This document shows, piece by piece, positions 19,707 through 29,769 of a stretch of 64,000 nt of DNA. The position numbers and the translations under genes were made by a program. Source of the DNA: Myxococcota bacterium (GTDB lineage Bacteria > Myxococcota_A > UBA9160 > UBA4427). Under the pieces are notes generated by a model that saw only the letters and a program-made list of their open reading frames with translations, was not told where the DNA came from and searched no databases. Location: assembly GCA_965250285.1 (NCBI GenBank), contig OZ252299.1:864001-928000 (forward strand), read 5' to 3'. Numbering within the stretch: position 1 is the first letter of the stretch; the number at the start of each line of letters is the position of its first letter.

Positions 19707-20483
19707 GTGAGTGACCCTCGGCGCAGCCCCGGCGCGGCGGAGCCGTCTTCGCTGCAGTCCGGGGAGATCATCGTCTACACGTGCGTGACCGGGGGCTACG
19801 ACGAGCTCCCCGACGTGACCGCTGACTCCGAGCGCATCCGCTTCGTGTGCTTCCTGGAGGGCACGAAGCGCGGCGGCGCGTCCGGCTGGGAGATCCGCCC
19901 CTCGGCGGCCCCACCTCGTCTCACGTCGGGCCACGACGTGAACCGCTATCACAAGCTCTTTGCGCACCGGGTGCTTCCGGAGGCCCGGTATTCGATCTAC
20001 TTGGACGGGAACATTCGCTACCTCGGTGAATACGGGGAGCTCGTCCGCCGCATCCGCGACGAAGAGGCGGCCTTCGGCGCGTTTCGGCATCCGGATCGGA
20101 GGTCGCTGGCCGAGGAGGTGATGGCCTGCGAACGACTCGGGAAGCTCGATGCGTTCGACCTGGGTCGGGTCGACGAGCAGCTCGCCCTCTATGCTGCCGA
20201 AGGGCTGGATCCCTCCCTTCCCATCACGGCCAACTACCTGATCGTCCGCGACCACGCCCATCCAGCGCTCCCGACGATGAGCGCCCTGTGGTGGTCGCAG
20301 CTTTTCGAGTTCGCGAAGCGCGACCAGCTCAGCTCGAGCTACGCACTGTGGAAGACGGATCTGCCCTGGGTGTTCCTCGACGACGACCCGTCGATTCGAG
20401 CCGAGGACCTGGAGCGTACGCGGCACTACCGGTCGTTGCTGCGCAGGGGCGTCCACCGGATCCGCCGATGGACGAGCCGGTGA
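19707..20483 (+). CDS. DUF616 (TOD1/MUCI70-like) glycosyltransferase
   Basis: IIVYTCVTGGYDEL, RYHKLFAH, SIYLDGN, HPDRRSLAEE, RDQLS..YALW. Confidence 0.85.
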   Translation: MSDPRRSPGAAEPSSLQSGEIIVYTCVTGGYDELPDVTADSERIRFVCFLEGTKRGGASGWEIRPSAAPPRLTSGHDVNRYHKLFAHRVLPEARYSIYLDGNIRYLGEYGELVRRIRDEEAAFGAFRHPDRRSLAEEVMACERLGKLDAFDLGRVDEQLALYAAEGLDPSLPITANYLIVRDHAHPALPTMSALWWSQLFEFAKRDQLSSSYALWKTDLPWVFLDDDPSIRAEDLERTRHYRSLLRRGVHRIRRWTSR

Positions 20484-20679
20484 GAACGCGAACCCCACGA
20501 GCTGCCCGTCGCGCCACCCCGGTTCACAGACTGCGACCGCCTCCTCGAGTCGATCGCCGAGGGCGGATCCGGGCCCCGGTCCCGGCCCCGGGGCTTGAAA
20601 TCGCGCCGGGCACGGACTACCGACCGTAGGGTCGAAGCGACAGGGCGGGCAAGCGAGGCGGGGGAGGTGGGTTCGTCCG

Positions 20680-21516
20680 ATGGGAATGCAGCAAAGACTG
20701 AAGGATCTGAAGGATCGGGTCGTTCCGCCGTGTCGGGTGCAGATCGTCGCCCCGACCGACTCCTGGATCCTGCAGAAGATGGGGCTCGAGCTGGTGCGTC
20801 GCATCCCCTTCGCCAAGTTGTCGGAGTGGGAGCCCGACGACCGCAAGCCGTGGGACGTCACCTACTTCGTCAACTACGCCCTCTTCCAGGAGTCGAAGAA
20901 CTCCGGGCTCACGGGTGGTTACTTCACCCACCAGGAGAACGACAACTTCGTCGACGTCGCGGGCAAGGTCGACTTCGCCGTCAGCATGTCGCAGAAGTAC
21001 ATGCCGATCCTCGAGTCCGCTTGCTCGAGCTGCCATTGCATCCCCCCCGGCGTCGATCTGGACGCGTTCAAGCCCCGCCTCCGGCTCGGCATCGTCGGTC
21101 GGACCTACGCCAGCGGTCGGAAGGGCGAAGACATCTACGACAGGCTCGAGAAGCTTCCGTGGGTCGACCTGAGGAAGACCGAAGGGAAGGTCCCCGAGTC
21201 GGAGATGCCCGCCTTCTACAACGAGATCGACTACGTGCTCGTCACTTCGCGAATCGAAGGCGGACCGATGTGCCTGCTCGAGGGCTTCGCCAGCGGCAAG
21301 GAGATCATCGCGCCCGATGTAGGCATGGTGAACGAGTTCGGTACAGGCATGCACCGCTACGACCGGGATGAACCCGAGACGCTCTTCCGCCTGCTCGAGG
21401 ATCTGTACGCGCAGCGGCGGGCGATTCGAAGTCAGGTCGAGCACCTCAGCTGGCAGGCCTTCGCGGATGCGCACCGCGATCTCTTCCTTTCACTCGTCGC
21501 GCGCTCCAGCGCGTAG
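20680..21516 (+). CDS. Glycosyltransferase (GT4-like)
   Basis: IPPGVDLDAF, RKGE, MPAFYNEIDYVLVTSRIEGGPMCLLE. Confidence 0.85.
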   Translation: MGMQQRLKDLKDRVVPPCRVQIVAPTDSWILQKMGLELVRRIPFAKLSEWEPDDRKPWDVTYFVNYALFQESKNSGLTGGYFTHQENDNFVDVAGKVDFAVSMSQKYMPILESACSSCHCIPPGVDLDAFKPRLRLGIVGRTYASGRKGEDIYDRLEKLPWVDLRKTEGKVPESEMPAFYNEIDYVLVTSRIEGGPMCLLEGFASGKEIIAPDVGMVNEFGTGMHRYDRDEPETLFRLLEDLYAQRRAIRSQVEHLSWQAFADAHRDLFLSLVARSSA

Positions 21517-21642
21517 CTCCCTCTCATCGATCCGCCGACACCCTCGTCGCGCCCGGTCAGGATATGCCCCGTTGACTGAATTCTTGTCGATGTCGTCGAG
21601 TCGCCTCTCCGCCGACGGGCACGATCGAGGGAGGGTCGCTCG

Positions 21643-22293
21643 ATGAGCACGAGGGCAGCCGCGCTGCCCGGGCAGGCGCGGGTCGCCACGTACGAAACGC
21701 GCCCGCTGCAGCCCGATCGGCGCGCCGCCATCGAACGCCACGCCGGGCCGCGCTGGCTCGACGTCGGCTGCGGCAACGGGGCCTACGTGCTCGCCCTGGC
21801 GGACGCCTACGATGCCCACGGCTTCGATCAGGTCGCCTTCGACAGCTGGTCGCGCGCGCCAGAGCGTTTCCGGACCGGCGACCTCGCTCGGCTTCCGTAC
21901 CAGGCCGAGAGCTTCGACACGGTGGTCTGCTTCGAGACCCTCGAGCACGTGGCCGAACCAGAGGCGGCGCTTCGGCAGATGGCCGCCATCGCCCGCCGCA
22001 ACGTGATCCTGACCGTCCCGAACTGCGACGTGACGCCCGGCATGCGCACGAGCGGGCTCGCCTGGCATCACTACACCGACGAGACGCACCTGCAGTTCTT
22101 CACCCTTGACGCGATCGCGGCGGTCTGCGAGTCGGCGGGGCTCCGGGTGGTCGAGCGGTCGCTCGTGAACGAGGTGTCGTTCGCACCCTTGCTGCGCGAG
22201 GCCTTCTTCTTCCCGCTCGGCTGGCTGGGCCGCGTGTGGCCGCGGCGACGTCGCTACTTCATGACCTGCCTGATCGTGGCCGAGTGTCGCTGA
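21643..22293 (+). CDS. Class I SAM-dependent methyltransferase
   Basis: LDVGCGNG, SFDTVVCFETLEHV, ILTVPN, THLQFFT. Confidence 0.9.
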   Translation: MSTRAAALPGQARVATYETRPLQPDRRAAIERHAGPRWLDVGCGNGAYVLALADAYDAHGFDQVAFDSWSRAPERFRTGDLARLPYQAESFDTVVCFETLEHVAEPEAALRQMAAIARRNVILTVPNCDVTPGMRTSGLAWHHYTDETHLQFFTLDAIAAVCESAGLRVVERSLVNEVSFAPLLREAFFFPLGWLGRVWPRRRRYFMTCLIVAECR

Positions 22294-22791
22294 CCCCCAC
22301 GCGTGTCTCAGTCGAGGTCGGCGGCCGAGTGCCGCTCGGTCATGTGGAATTCCTCGGTGCCCCACGCCTTGTCCACGCGCTGCCCGCGCAGAACGGCCGG
22401 CGCGGTGGTGTTGCCAATGCGACTTCCCATCAGCCCCTGCTGATTCTTCACGCGGAGAACGAGTCCGAGAAGAAGCAGGTCGATCAGCTTGGTCGGTCAG
22501 GGGGATCCCCCTTCGAAGAAGGCTTGATTGGCTTGCTGCAACAGCGGTCGGTTGAGGTCGGCTCGGGCGAATGAGCGTCAGAGGCCTCGCTCTCGGCGCG
22601 AGGTGCGACCAGTCGAATCCGTGTCAAGCAGTGAGTGCGGGCTGGAGGCCTCGTTCTGGTGCGCGGCGAGCGCGAAACGCTCAGCAACGCCCGGCGCGGA
22701 TTCACACGATGACAGAACGTTTGCCACAACCGACGTTCCAAGGCCACTCAAGTCGAAAGGCACTGCTCCCCCACCCCGTTGGAGACCTTCG

Positions 22792-23616
22792 ATGCTTCGG
22801 ATCCTGCCGGTTGCCTGCGCGATCGCTCTGCTATCTCTCGCCGCCACTGTGCCCGCCTCGGCGCAACTTCTGACCGCCGGTAGTCGGGTCTCGGTCAGCA
22901 GCGACTCAGGCACGATCTTCGACCGCTCTCCGGATCCGGGCGGGATCACGATCTCGAGCGCGAACGAGGCGCTTGGCGGATTCGACAGCTACTTCGCGAG
23001 CGCGTTCTCGCGCCCGGGCTACGGAACCCTCGCCGCGTCCGCCAGCCTGCAGTGGATGGGCCACCGAACGCGTTTCGGGGGCCAGCTCGGTCAAGCCGTG
23101 AGCTCCGCCGGCTTCGAGGACGAATTCACGATCGATGCGCCCGGTCTGGCCGGGCAGTCGGGCACGGCCGCGCTCTCGATTGCCCTGAATGGGCGCACCA
23201 CCGAGTCCGCCCCGGAAGGCGTCTTCACGAGCGCCGGCGGAGGCATCACCGTCGTCGTGGCCGGAGAGATCGGATCCGTCCGCGCCTTCGATCCCTTCTC
23301 GGTGGCGACGATTCCTTTCGATTTCGTCTACGGCGAGGCATTCGACATCGACGCGAATCTGGGTGTCGACGTCCGCGCGACGGCGCCCGCCAACACCTTC
23401 GACGGCGTCGACGGCTCGGTCAGCGCACTCTTTGGCAACACCGCGGGCATCACGTCACTGACGGTCTTCGATGTCGACATGAACGAGATCGACTACTCGC
23501 TCACGACCGCGTCCGGTGAGTTCGAATTCTACGATCCGATCCCCGAGCCGAGCACGGCGTTGCTGCTGGGGCTGGGCCTGGTCGGGTTGGCGAAGACGTC
23601 GCGACGCGGCGCCTGA
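22792..23616 (+). CDS. PEP-CTERM sorting-domain secreted protein
   Basis: GGAGA RBS; signal peptide MLRILPVACAIALLSLAATVPASA; C-terminus IPEPSTALLLGLGLVGLAKTSRRGA. Confidence 0.92.
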   Translation: MLRILPVACAIALLSLAATVPASAQLLTAGSRVSVSSDSGTIFDRSPDPGGITISSANEALGGFDSYFASAFSRPGYGTLAASASLQWMGHRTRFGGQLGQAVSSAGFEDEFTIDAPGLAGQSGTAALSIALNGRTTESAPEGVFTSAGGGITVVVAGEIGSVRAFDPFSVATIPFDFVYGEAFDIDANLGVDVRATAPANTFDGVDGSVSALFGNTAGITSLTVFDVDMNEIDYSLTTASGEFEFYDPIPEPSTALLLGLGLVGLAKTSRRGA

Positions 23617-23996
23617 GGCCGCGGCGAACGCACGCCATCTCGGGTTCCGACCGTTCGCCTGCTCGCGACAGAGGCCGCGGTGGTTGTCGAACCTTTGGAA
23701 GCGCACCGCCTTGAGGGGCGGCGCTGTCACCTCCGTCACGAGCTCGAGGTTGTGCGGTGCGCCCCAGAGCGCGAAGCCGCCTGCGTTCTGCGCGCTCGAG
23801 CCGCCGGCGGCCGAATTATCGTGTGCGCGCGCGGGGGCCACGGCACGCCGCGCATGCTGCAGCGGCTCGATGCGAAGGCATCCGCCAGGCCGCCAGCCGC
23901 TGGTGAGCGACAGGGGAGAATGCGGTACGACAGCTCCGGGTCGCTGAGGACCTACGCACCCGTGGAGGAACGTGAGCGGCTCCGGTCCCTCACGAT

Positions 23997-25877
23997 CTAG
24001 ACCGCCTCGGACCTGCGTGGCGTACGCGCAACCCGCCTGCGTCTCACTCGATCGAGTCGAACGAGCACGCCGGCGCCCGCGGCAAGCCCCGCCCCGAGCC
24101 CGGGCTCGGGCACGTTCGCGAAGCCGACGGGATGGTTTCGATTGCGCGGCACAGCAGTTCCCGCCACCCAGTTGTACTCGACCGCATAGACGTCGCGAAT
24201 GACGCGCACGGTCTCTGGGGTCGACTGGCTGGTCGAGCCGATGTCGACGCCGCCGCCGCCTAGGATCGGGCGCAACACGAAGCGGCCCGACTGCGCCGCA
24301 TCCGTGGGGAACGCTACTCCGTCGAGCGAGAAGGTCGGCGCGACGATGCGCGTCGGCACGTCGATGGAGAGGCCCTGGGTCGACTCGAGCTGGACGCGGC
24401 GCGTCAGCACGTGGTCGAGGTTGCGCGGCACGATCGTCGTCCCCTCCTGCCAGTCCCACTCGACGTCGTACTCGCCCGGCACGATGACGACCGGGTCCGG
24501 CACTTCATGACTCGATCCCAACGGGATCTGGGTGCCCGTCTGAGAGTCACGCAGCCGCAAGTCTCCGCGCTCATACTGCGACGTCGAGAAGGCAGCTCCG
24601 TCCAGCGTGAACGCCGGGGTGACGGTGATCGCCGGGACGTCGACCTGCAGCGTCGTGTCGCTCACGACGGTGATGCCGCTCGCGACGCGCACGTCCGGGT
24701 TTCGCGGCACGATGGTCGTGCCCTCGAGGTGGCGATAGTGCGCTTCGTACTTGCCCTGAACAACCATCACCGGCGCCGGTGTTCCTTCATCGGTCGTTCC
24801 GAGGAGCACTTCGTTGCCGTGACTGCCGACGAGCACGATCTGCCCTCGCTCGTAGATCGAAGTCGGGAAGCCAGGGGCGCCATTCAACGTCGCGTCGAGC
24901 GTGATCGTGGCCGCCGGGACGTCGATCGAGCCGGAAAGTGGAAAACCACCACCGCCCGAATCGAGCGCGATGCCAACGGCCACGGTCGCATCGACGTTCG
25001 CCGGGATGAGATCGCTCACGTCGATCTTCGAGTAGGCGACGTCGTACACGCCGGGTAGCACCGTCCGCGTCGCGCTGCCCGCTGTCGTCGGCCCGAACGA
25101 GACGGCGTCCCCCGTCAGTCGGTTGCGCAGCTCGATCTCGGCCTCGGTGTAGCTCGACGTGGGAAACGGCGCCCCATTCAACAGAAAGCTCAGGGTCTGA
25201 TCACGCGTCGGCAGATCCACCAGGACGTTCTGATCGGAGAAAAGCGGCACATCCGCCTGCACGACCGCGTTCTCGTTTTGCGGAACGGTCGAGCCCGCCT
25301 GATGACGGTAGACGACGTCGTAGATGCCGGGCAGCACCTTGATCGTCTCGGCGCCGACGTGGGTCGATGCGACCCACATCTCGTCGCCGGTCTCGGCGTC
25401 GCGAAGCCAGATCGAACCCGCCTGGCCGGGCAGGGCCGGCGCAGGCACGCCGTTCAGCGTGAACGTGAAGGCGACGTCGACGGTGGGAATGTCGACATCG
25501 ACGACCGCCGAGTCGGTGACGAAGACGGCCGCACCGATCGTCGCCAGCGGGTTCTTCGGCAGCGCACCGTCCGAGAACAAGAGCTCGTAGGCCGGTCGGT
25601 AGTCGCCCTCGATGAGCATCACGGGCCCGTAGGCCTGCGTGTTTGTCACACCCAGGGTGATCGGCGTGGGCGTACCCGAGCCGATCAGGTGGACGAAGCC
25701 CTGCTCGCCGAAGTCGGAGGGGGCCGGCGCACCGTCGATCAGGAATGCACCGCTGACCGTCGCGCTGGGCACGTCGACGGTCAGCGGCTGAGGGTATTCG
25801 AGCTGCGCGTGCGCGCTCGATCCGACACACAGCGCGGTGATCAGGAAGGCATAGATCGTACGGAGCCTTGCGGACAT
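23997..25877 (-). CDS. PEP-CTERM protein with six tandem ~95-aa beta-sandwich repeats
   Basis: Signal peptide ending AHA; repeat consensus VDVP...F.L(N/D)G...G.I.LR...LG.T...V.(V/L).G.Y...Y...P.N; C-terminus VPEPGLGAGLAAGAGVLVRLDRVRRRR. Confidence 0.88.
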   Translation of the reverse strand: MSARLRTIYAFLITALCVGSSAHAQLEYPQPLTVDVPSATVSGAFLIDGAPAPSDFGEQGFVHLIGSGTPTPITLGVTNTQAYGPVMLIEGDYRPAYELLFSDGALPKNPLATIGAAVFVTDSAVVDVDIPTVDVAFTFTLNGVPAPALPGQAGSIWLRDAETGDEMWVASTHVGAETIKVLPGIYDVVYRHQAGSTVPQNENAVVQADVPLFSDQNVLVDLPTRDQTLSFLLNGAPFPTSSYTEAEIELRNRLTGDAVSFGPTTAGSATRTVLPGVYDVAYSKIDVSDLIPANVDATVAVGIALDSGGGGFPLSGSIDVPAATITLDATLNGAPGFPTSIYERGQIVLVGSHGNEVLLGTTDEGTPAPVMVVQGKYEAHYRHLEGTTIVPRNPDVRVASGITVVSDTTLQVDVPAITVTPAFTLDGAAFSTSQYERGDLRLRDSQTGTQIPLGSSHEVPDPVVIVPGEYDVEWDWQEGTTIVPRNLDHVLTRRVQLESTQGLSIDVPTRIVAPTFSLDGVAFPTDAAQSGRFVLRPILGGGGVDIGSTSQSTPETVRVIRDVYAVEYNWVAGTAVPRNRNHPVGFANVPEPGLGAGLAAGAGVLVRLDRVRRRRVARTPRRSEAV

Positions 25878-26656
25878 CCTCGAACCTCGGCGCTCGAGAC
25901 AGCGAAGGCGCGCCTCGGAGTCCCCGCTGCAAGAGCGGAGCCTCGCCGCGCCTCGATGATTCTATGGCATACGCTCGCGGGTGTATAGACCCGATTGCGG
26001 TTGTGACCGTTCGAGCCGCCCCCGAGCGCCTCGACACGGCGTCCCAGGCGCAGCGCACGTCGGCTCAGGCGAACTCGGGTCGATGTCCGCGTGTTGACCG
26101 TTCGCTCTGTCGGCGACTAGATTCGAGAAACGTTCAGGACGCTCGATTCCGGTCCCGTAGCTCTATGAGTCGCCCATGAACAGCGCGCGGAACTCCCGGT
26201 TCTGCCCGTCGGTCGGAGCCGGCGGAGTTCGGGTGTGCGCGGCGCGCTGTAGCGCGGGGCCGGGAAGAAAAGTTCCTCCTGCGTGTCGTGGCCTGCCTCA
26301 GCGCCCGACTGCGAGCGGTCGTCGCGAACGACTTCACAGCCCGCCTTCTACCGCTTCTGCGCCTCCCGGGGCAACGTGAGGACTTCTCGAGCGTCGAGGG
26401 CGCCGCTCGGGCGCGAGCGGCGCCGTCGGTGAGCAGCTCTCGAGCCTGGACGAATCCCTCCAGGTTCGACCAGCAACCGCTGGATCACGTCAGCAACGAA
26501 TCCACTTCATTCGACGCCCCTCCTCGAAGCCTACTCGCTTCACTTCGCGCGTCGTCGGGACGATGAGATCCACGGTGCTCGACACCGTCGGAGCCCCACC
26601 CTCGACGCGGTCTCGCGCACGTCGTGCCACCGCGCAACCAACTGAGATCGGATCGC

Positions 26657-27796
26657 ATGACGATACGGCGCAACCTTGCACCTTGGATCCTGTGCGTGCT
26701 GCTCGCGAGCGGGTGCTCCAGCCCGGTCCGAAACGACGTGCGCTACTCACCGACACCGGCGCAGCGACCAGCCTATCCCGGCGGCAGTATCGGCGTCTCG
26801 CTGGGGTACACCAACACCGACGGCACGCGCGGTCAGATGTACAAGGGTGAGGCGGCGAGCTTCGAGTCGGGCGTTCGAGTCTACATGGATGTCCACAGGC
26901 CGGGTTGGCGCGTCGTCGGGGCAAGCTCGCCGGCGACGATCCGCTTGCACTGCGAACACACACAGGACGGCTCGTCGAGCTGTAGTGACTTCGTGTACCG
27001 GTGCGCGATCGAGCTGGACGAGCGCGAGACGATCTTCGAACGCCGGCTCGAGAGCGATACCTGTATGCAAGGCGGTGTCGCCGACTCTTTTCTCATCCAG
27101 GCCTACAATCATGGGCAGGAGATCGCACAGACACTGGTCGAGACGCTGCCGACCCTCTCTGGATTGAAGGAGAAGGTCGCTGAAGAAGCGCTGGACGAAG
27201 CGCTGCGCAGCAGCGGCACCCGCGACTTGCAGCGTGTGGTCGACACGTACTCCGGGACGCCGGCCGCAGATCGGGCGCAGGGGGAGCTCGTATCCAGAGT
27301 GGATCAGAACCGAAGGCAAGCCGAGCAACGTGCGGCCGTGCTCGACGCGCGGAGAGCCGAGGCGCGCCAGGAGCTCGAGCGCCTCAAGACTTCGGGTGAT
27401 CCCATTGCCCTCGAGTCGTTTGCCCAGGCGTACAGTGATCTCGGTCCAGAAGCCCGTCAGGCAAGGGCCCTGGCTGCGGCCTTACGCGGCGACGTCACCG
27501 ACCCCGAACAGCGTGAACCCCCGGAGCAGCGCGGCTTCACGCTCAGCTGCTTCGACCCTCGCAATCGGCTCTGCGGTGACTACGGCTTCTCGACCGCGTC
27601 GAAGCGCGAAGCGTTCGCCACTCAGTGCCGCAGTCTGGGCTCGCAAGTGCTGGACGGGCAGTGCGACGCATCGGGCGCGATCGGCTGCGCCATGCGGTCC
27701 GGGAGCACGACGACGACAACGTGGGCCTACCGGGTCGACCGCACTCAGTTCGCCTCGAGCTGCCGCGCCAATAGAGGCAGCGTCATCGGGCGATAG
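26657..27796 (+). CDS. Lipoprotein of unknown function with Cys-rich C-terminal domain
   Basis: Lipobox LLASG-C; helical/coiled middle region; six Cys in the last ~85 aa. Confidence 0.75.
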   Translation: MTIRRNLAPWILCVLLASGCSSPVRNDVRYSPTPAQRPAYPGGSIGVSLGYTNTDGTRGQMYKGEAASFESGVRVYMDVHRPGWRVVGASSPATIRLHCEHTQDGSSSCSDFVYRCAIELDERETIFERRLESDTCMQGGVADSFLIQAYNHGQEIAQTLVETLPTLSGLKEKVAEEALDEALRSSGTRDLQRVVDTYSGTPAADRAQGELVSRVDQNRRQAEQRAAVLDARRAEARQELERLKTSGDPIALESFAQAYSDLGPEARQARALAAALRGDVTDPEQREPPEQRGFTLSCFDPRNRLCGDYGFSTASKREAFATQCRSLGSQVLDGQCDASGAIGCAMRSGSTTTTTWAYRVDRTQFASSCRANRGSVIGR

Positions 27797-28109
27797 AGGG
27801 CTGGTGCCGCTCGGTGAGGTGGACCGGCCGTCGACGAGACTTCACTCCAGAGAGGGCCCCGACGCCCGCGGGACCGAAGGTTTGGGTCGCCGCCCATCGG
27901 ATTGGAACGCAGTCGTCCGAACCGTGAATCGACATGCAGCGAGTCGCGCGCGCCGCGGGGTCGTGCGAAAGGACGTCGGTCTCGGTTTCGGAATCTTCTA
28001 CGAATCCCCGGTCGAAGAGGCCGAACACGCGCGCTGGGGAAGGGCTGCTTCGCACCTGCGCACGGCTACGCGCGCCTTGCCCGACTTGCTGGACGCTCTC
28101 GCAGCGGAG

Positions 28110-29744
28110 CTAGGCGCTCCCACCTCGGCGCATCGCGATGGTGAACGCCGATTGGCCCTGCGCCCCACCGGTCGAGTTCGGAATCTTGACGCAGAAGTCT
28201 TCGCCCTGCTGCTGCGACCAGAGCGGAGCGTCGAGGCCGAGGAGCTCGACGCGATCGACTGCGCCTGGTGCGAGCTTCTCGAAGACCACCTCGGTATCGG
28301 CTTCGACGGGACGGTGGACGATCGCGTAGAGATCGTTCCCGTTCGTCGTGAAGCGTACATCCTCGTCGCCGGGCTTCGGTCGCTGCCGCGTCTGGCCCTC
28401 CGGCCGATATTCGTCCTCAGCGATCTTCCAGGGTCGCGTCTGGTAGATCGCCTGGCCGTTGACGTCGAGCCAGCGGCCGAGCCCGGCGAGCACGGCTTGT
28501 TGGCGAGGCGTGATCGATCCGTCGAACCGCGGTGCGACGTCGAGGAGCAGGTTCCCGTTCTTGCTCACGATGTCGGCCAGTAGCTCGACCAGCTCGCCGA
28601 CCGTGATCGTGTCTTCTGCTGGCTCGCTCGCGTTGTAGGCGAACGAGTGACCGATGCCGCGCGTTTCGGACCACTTGTCCTTCTGGACGGTCGCGTAGTG
28701 GGTGTACTCCGGTGTCCTGAAGTCGGCGAAGGGGATGGCCGGGAACTTGAACCCGAGCGAATGGCTGAAGAGCTCGCCGAGCAGATGCACGAGCTCATCG
28801 GCGCTGCCGATGACGATCTCGGCCGATCCGAGCAACTCGGACAGAGCGTCGAGTAGATCCCTGGGCTTCGGAAGGCGGTGCTCCACGCCGGGAACGAGCG
28901 CAGCCAGCAAGAGCGCCACGAAGTCGGCGCCCTGGCTCTGCACCGGCGACCAGCGATCGTTGACGACCCCGGCTGGCACCCGCTCCCGGTAGTAGTCGTA
29001 GACCTCCCGGGCCGCCGAGGCTTCGCCGAATGCGGAGGGGAAGCCGATGTCGTTCCACAGGATGTCGGGCTCGTAGGCGTCGATCAGCTCGCGGTACTGC
29101 TGCTTCGCGTACGCCTCGTAGGCGGGGCCTCGAGCGGCCGCCATCAGCATGGTGAACAAGTCGTCCATGCAGAGGTCGTTGAAGGTCGTATCGAAGCCGC
29201 CCGAGTAGTAGACCCCGAACTTCATCTTGTCGGTACCGAAGTTCATGTCCTGCGCGCGAATGGCAGCGGCCGCCTCGCCCACGAGGTCGCGCGGAGAGCA
29301 GTAGTTTGCGTAGCCGTCGGTGCGGCTCGCCGTGGCCGCACTGTTCCAGAGGCTGTAGCCGTCCATGTGCTTCGTGACGAGAACGAGGTAGTTGGCGCCC
29401 GCGTTCTTGAAGGCCGAGGCCCACGTGTCGAACACGGACGTCGGCAGGAACTCGGTGGACTGGGTCTTTGCTCTGAACTCTGCGACGTGCTTCCCGTAGT
29501 CGTCGTCGCCATACGTCTCCAGCTGGTGCTCTTGGGCGCCACTCCCCTCGATCTTCATCGTGTTGACGTACCAGGCCGCGTAGGGATTGTTCCGGAAGTA
29601 GTACTCCCAGCCCTTCTCCGAGACCATCTGTTGGGAGGTCATCGGGCTCGGCGTCGCGAAGGCGGGGACCACGGCCGGAACCCAGTGGACGAAGATTCCA
29701 AGCTTGCACTCGTCGTACCACGCCGTCGCCGACTTGGACGTCAT
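28110..29744 (-). CDS. Alpha-L-fucosidase (GH29)
   Basis: WY...KLGIFVHW, AGANYLVLVTKHMDG, DILWND, VVNDRW, DFRTPEY, RGIGHSFAYN, VSKNGNLLLDV, NGQAIYQTRPW. Confidence 0.93.
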   Translation of the reverse strand: MTSKSATAWYDECKLGIFVHWVPAVVPAFATPSPMTSQQMVSEKGWEYYFRNNPYAAWYVNTMKIEGSGAQEHQLETYGDDDYGKHVAEFRAKTQSTEFLPTSVFDTWASAFKNAGANYLVLVTKHMDGYSLWNSAATASRTDGYANYCSPRDLVGEAAAAIRAQDMNFGTDKMKFGVYYSGGFDTTFNDLCMDDLFTMLMAAARGPAYEAYAKQQYRELIDAYEPDILWNDIGFPSAFGEASAAREVYDYYRERVPAGVVNDRWSPVQSQGADFVALLLAALVPGVEHRLPKPRDLLDALSELLGSAEIVIGSADELVHLLGELFSHSLGFKFPAIPFADFRTPEYTHYATVQKDKWSETRGIGHSFAYNASEPAEDTITVGELVELLADIVSKNGNLLLDVAPRFDGSITPRQQAVLAGLGRWLDVNGQAIYQTRPWKIAEDEYRPEGQTRQRPKPGDEDVRFTTNGNDLYAIVHRPVEADTEVVFEKLAPGAVDRVELLGLDAPLWSQQQGEDFCVKIPNSTGGAQGQSAFTIAMRRGGSA

Positions 29745-29769
29745 CCGTCGAACCTCGCGAGCAAGGCGC

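Noticed and set aside
22308..22560. Minus-strand coding-like stretch with an internal TGA
   Set aside because: No recognisable family motif, so it cannot be supported as a gene or pseudogene without a search
26094..26123. Sigma-70-like promoter TTGACC-N18-TAGATT
   Set aside because: More than 500 bp from the next supported gene and could arise by chance
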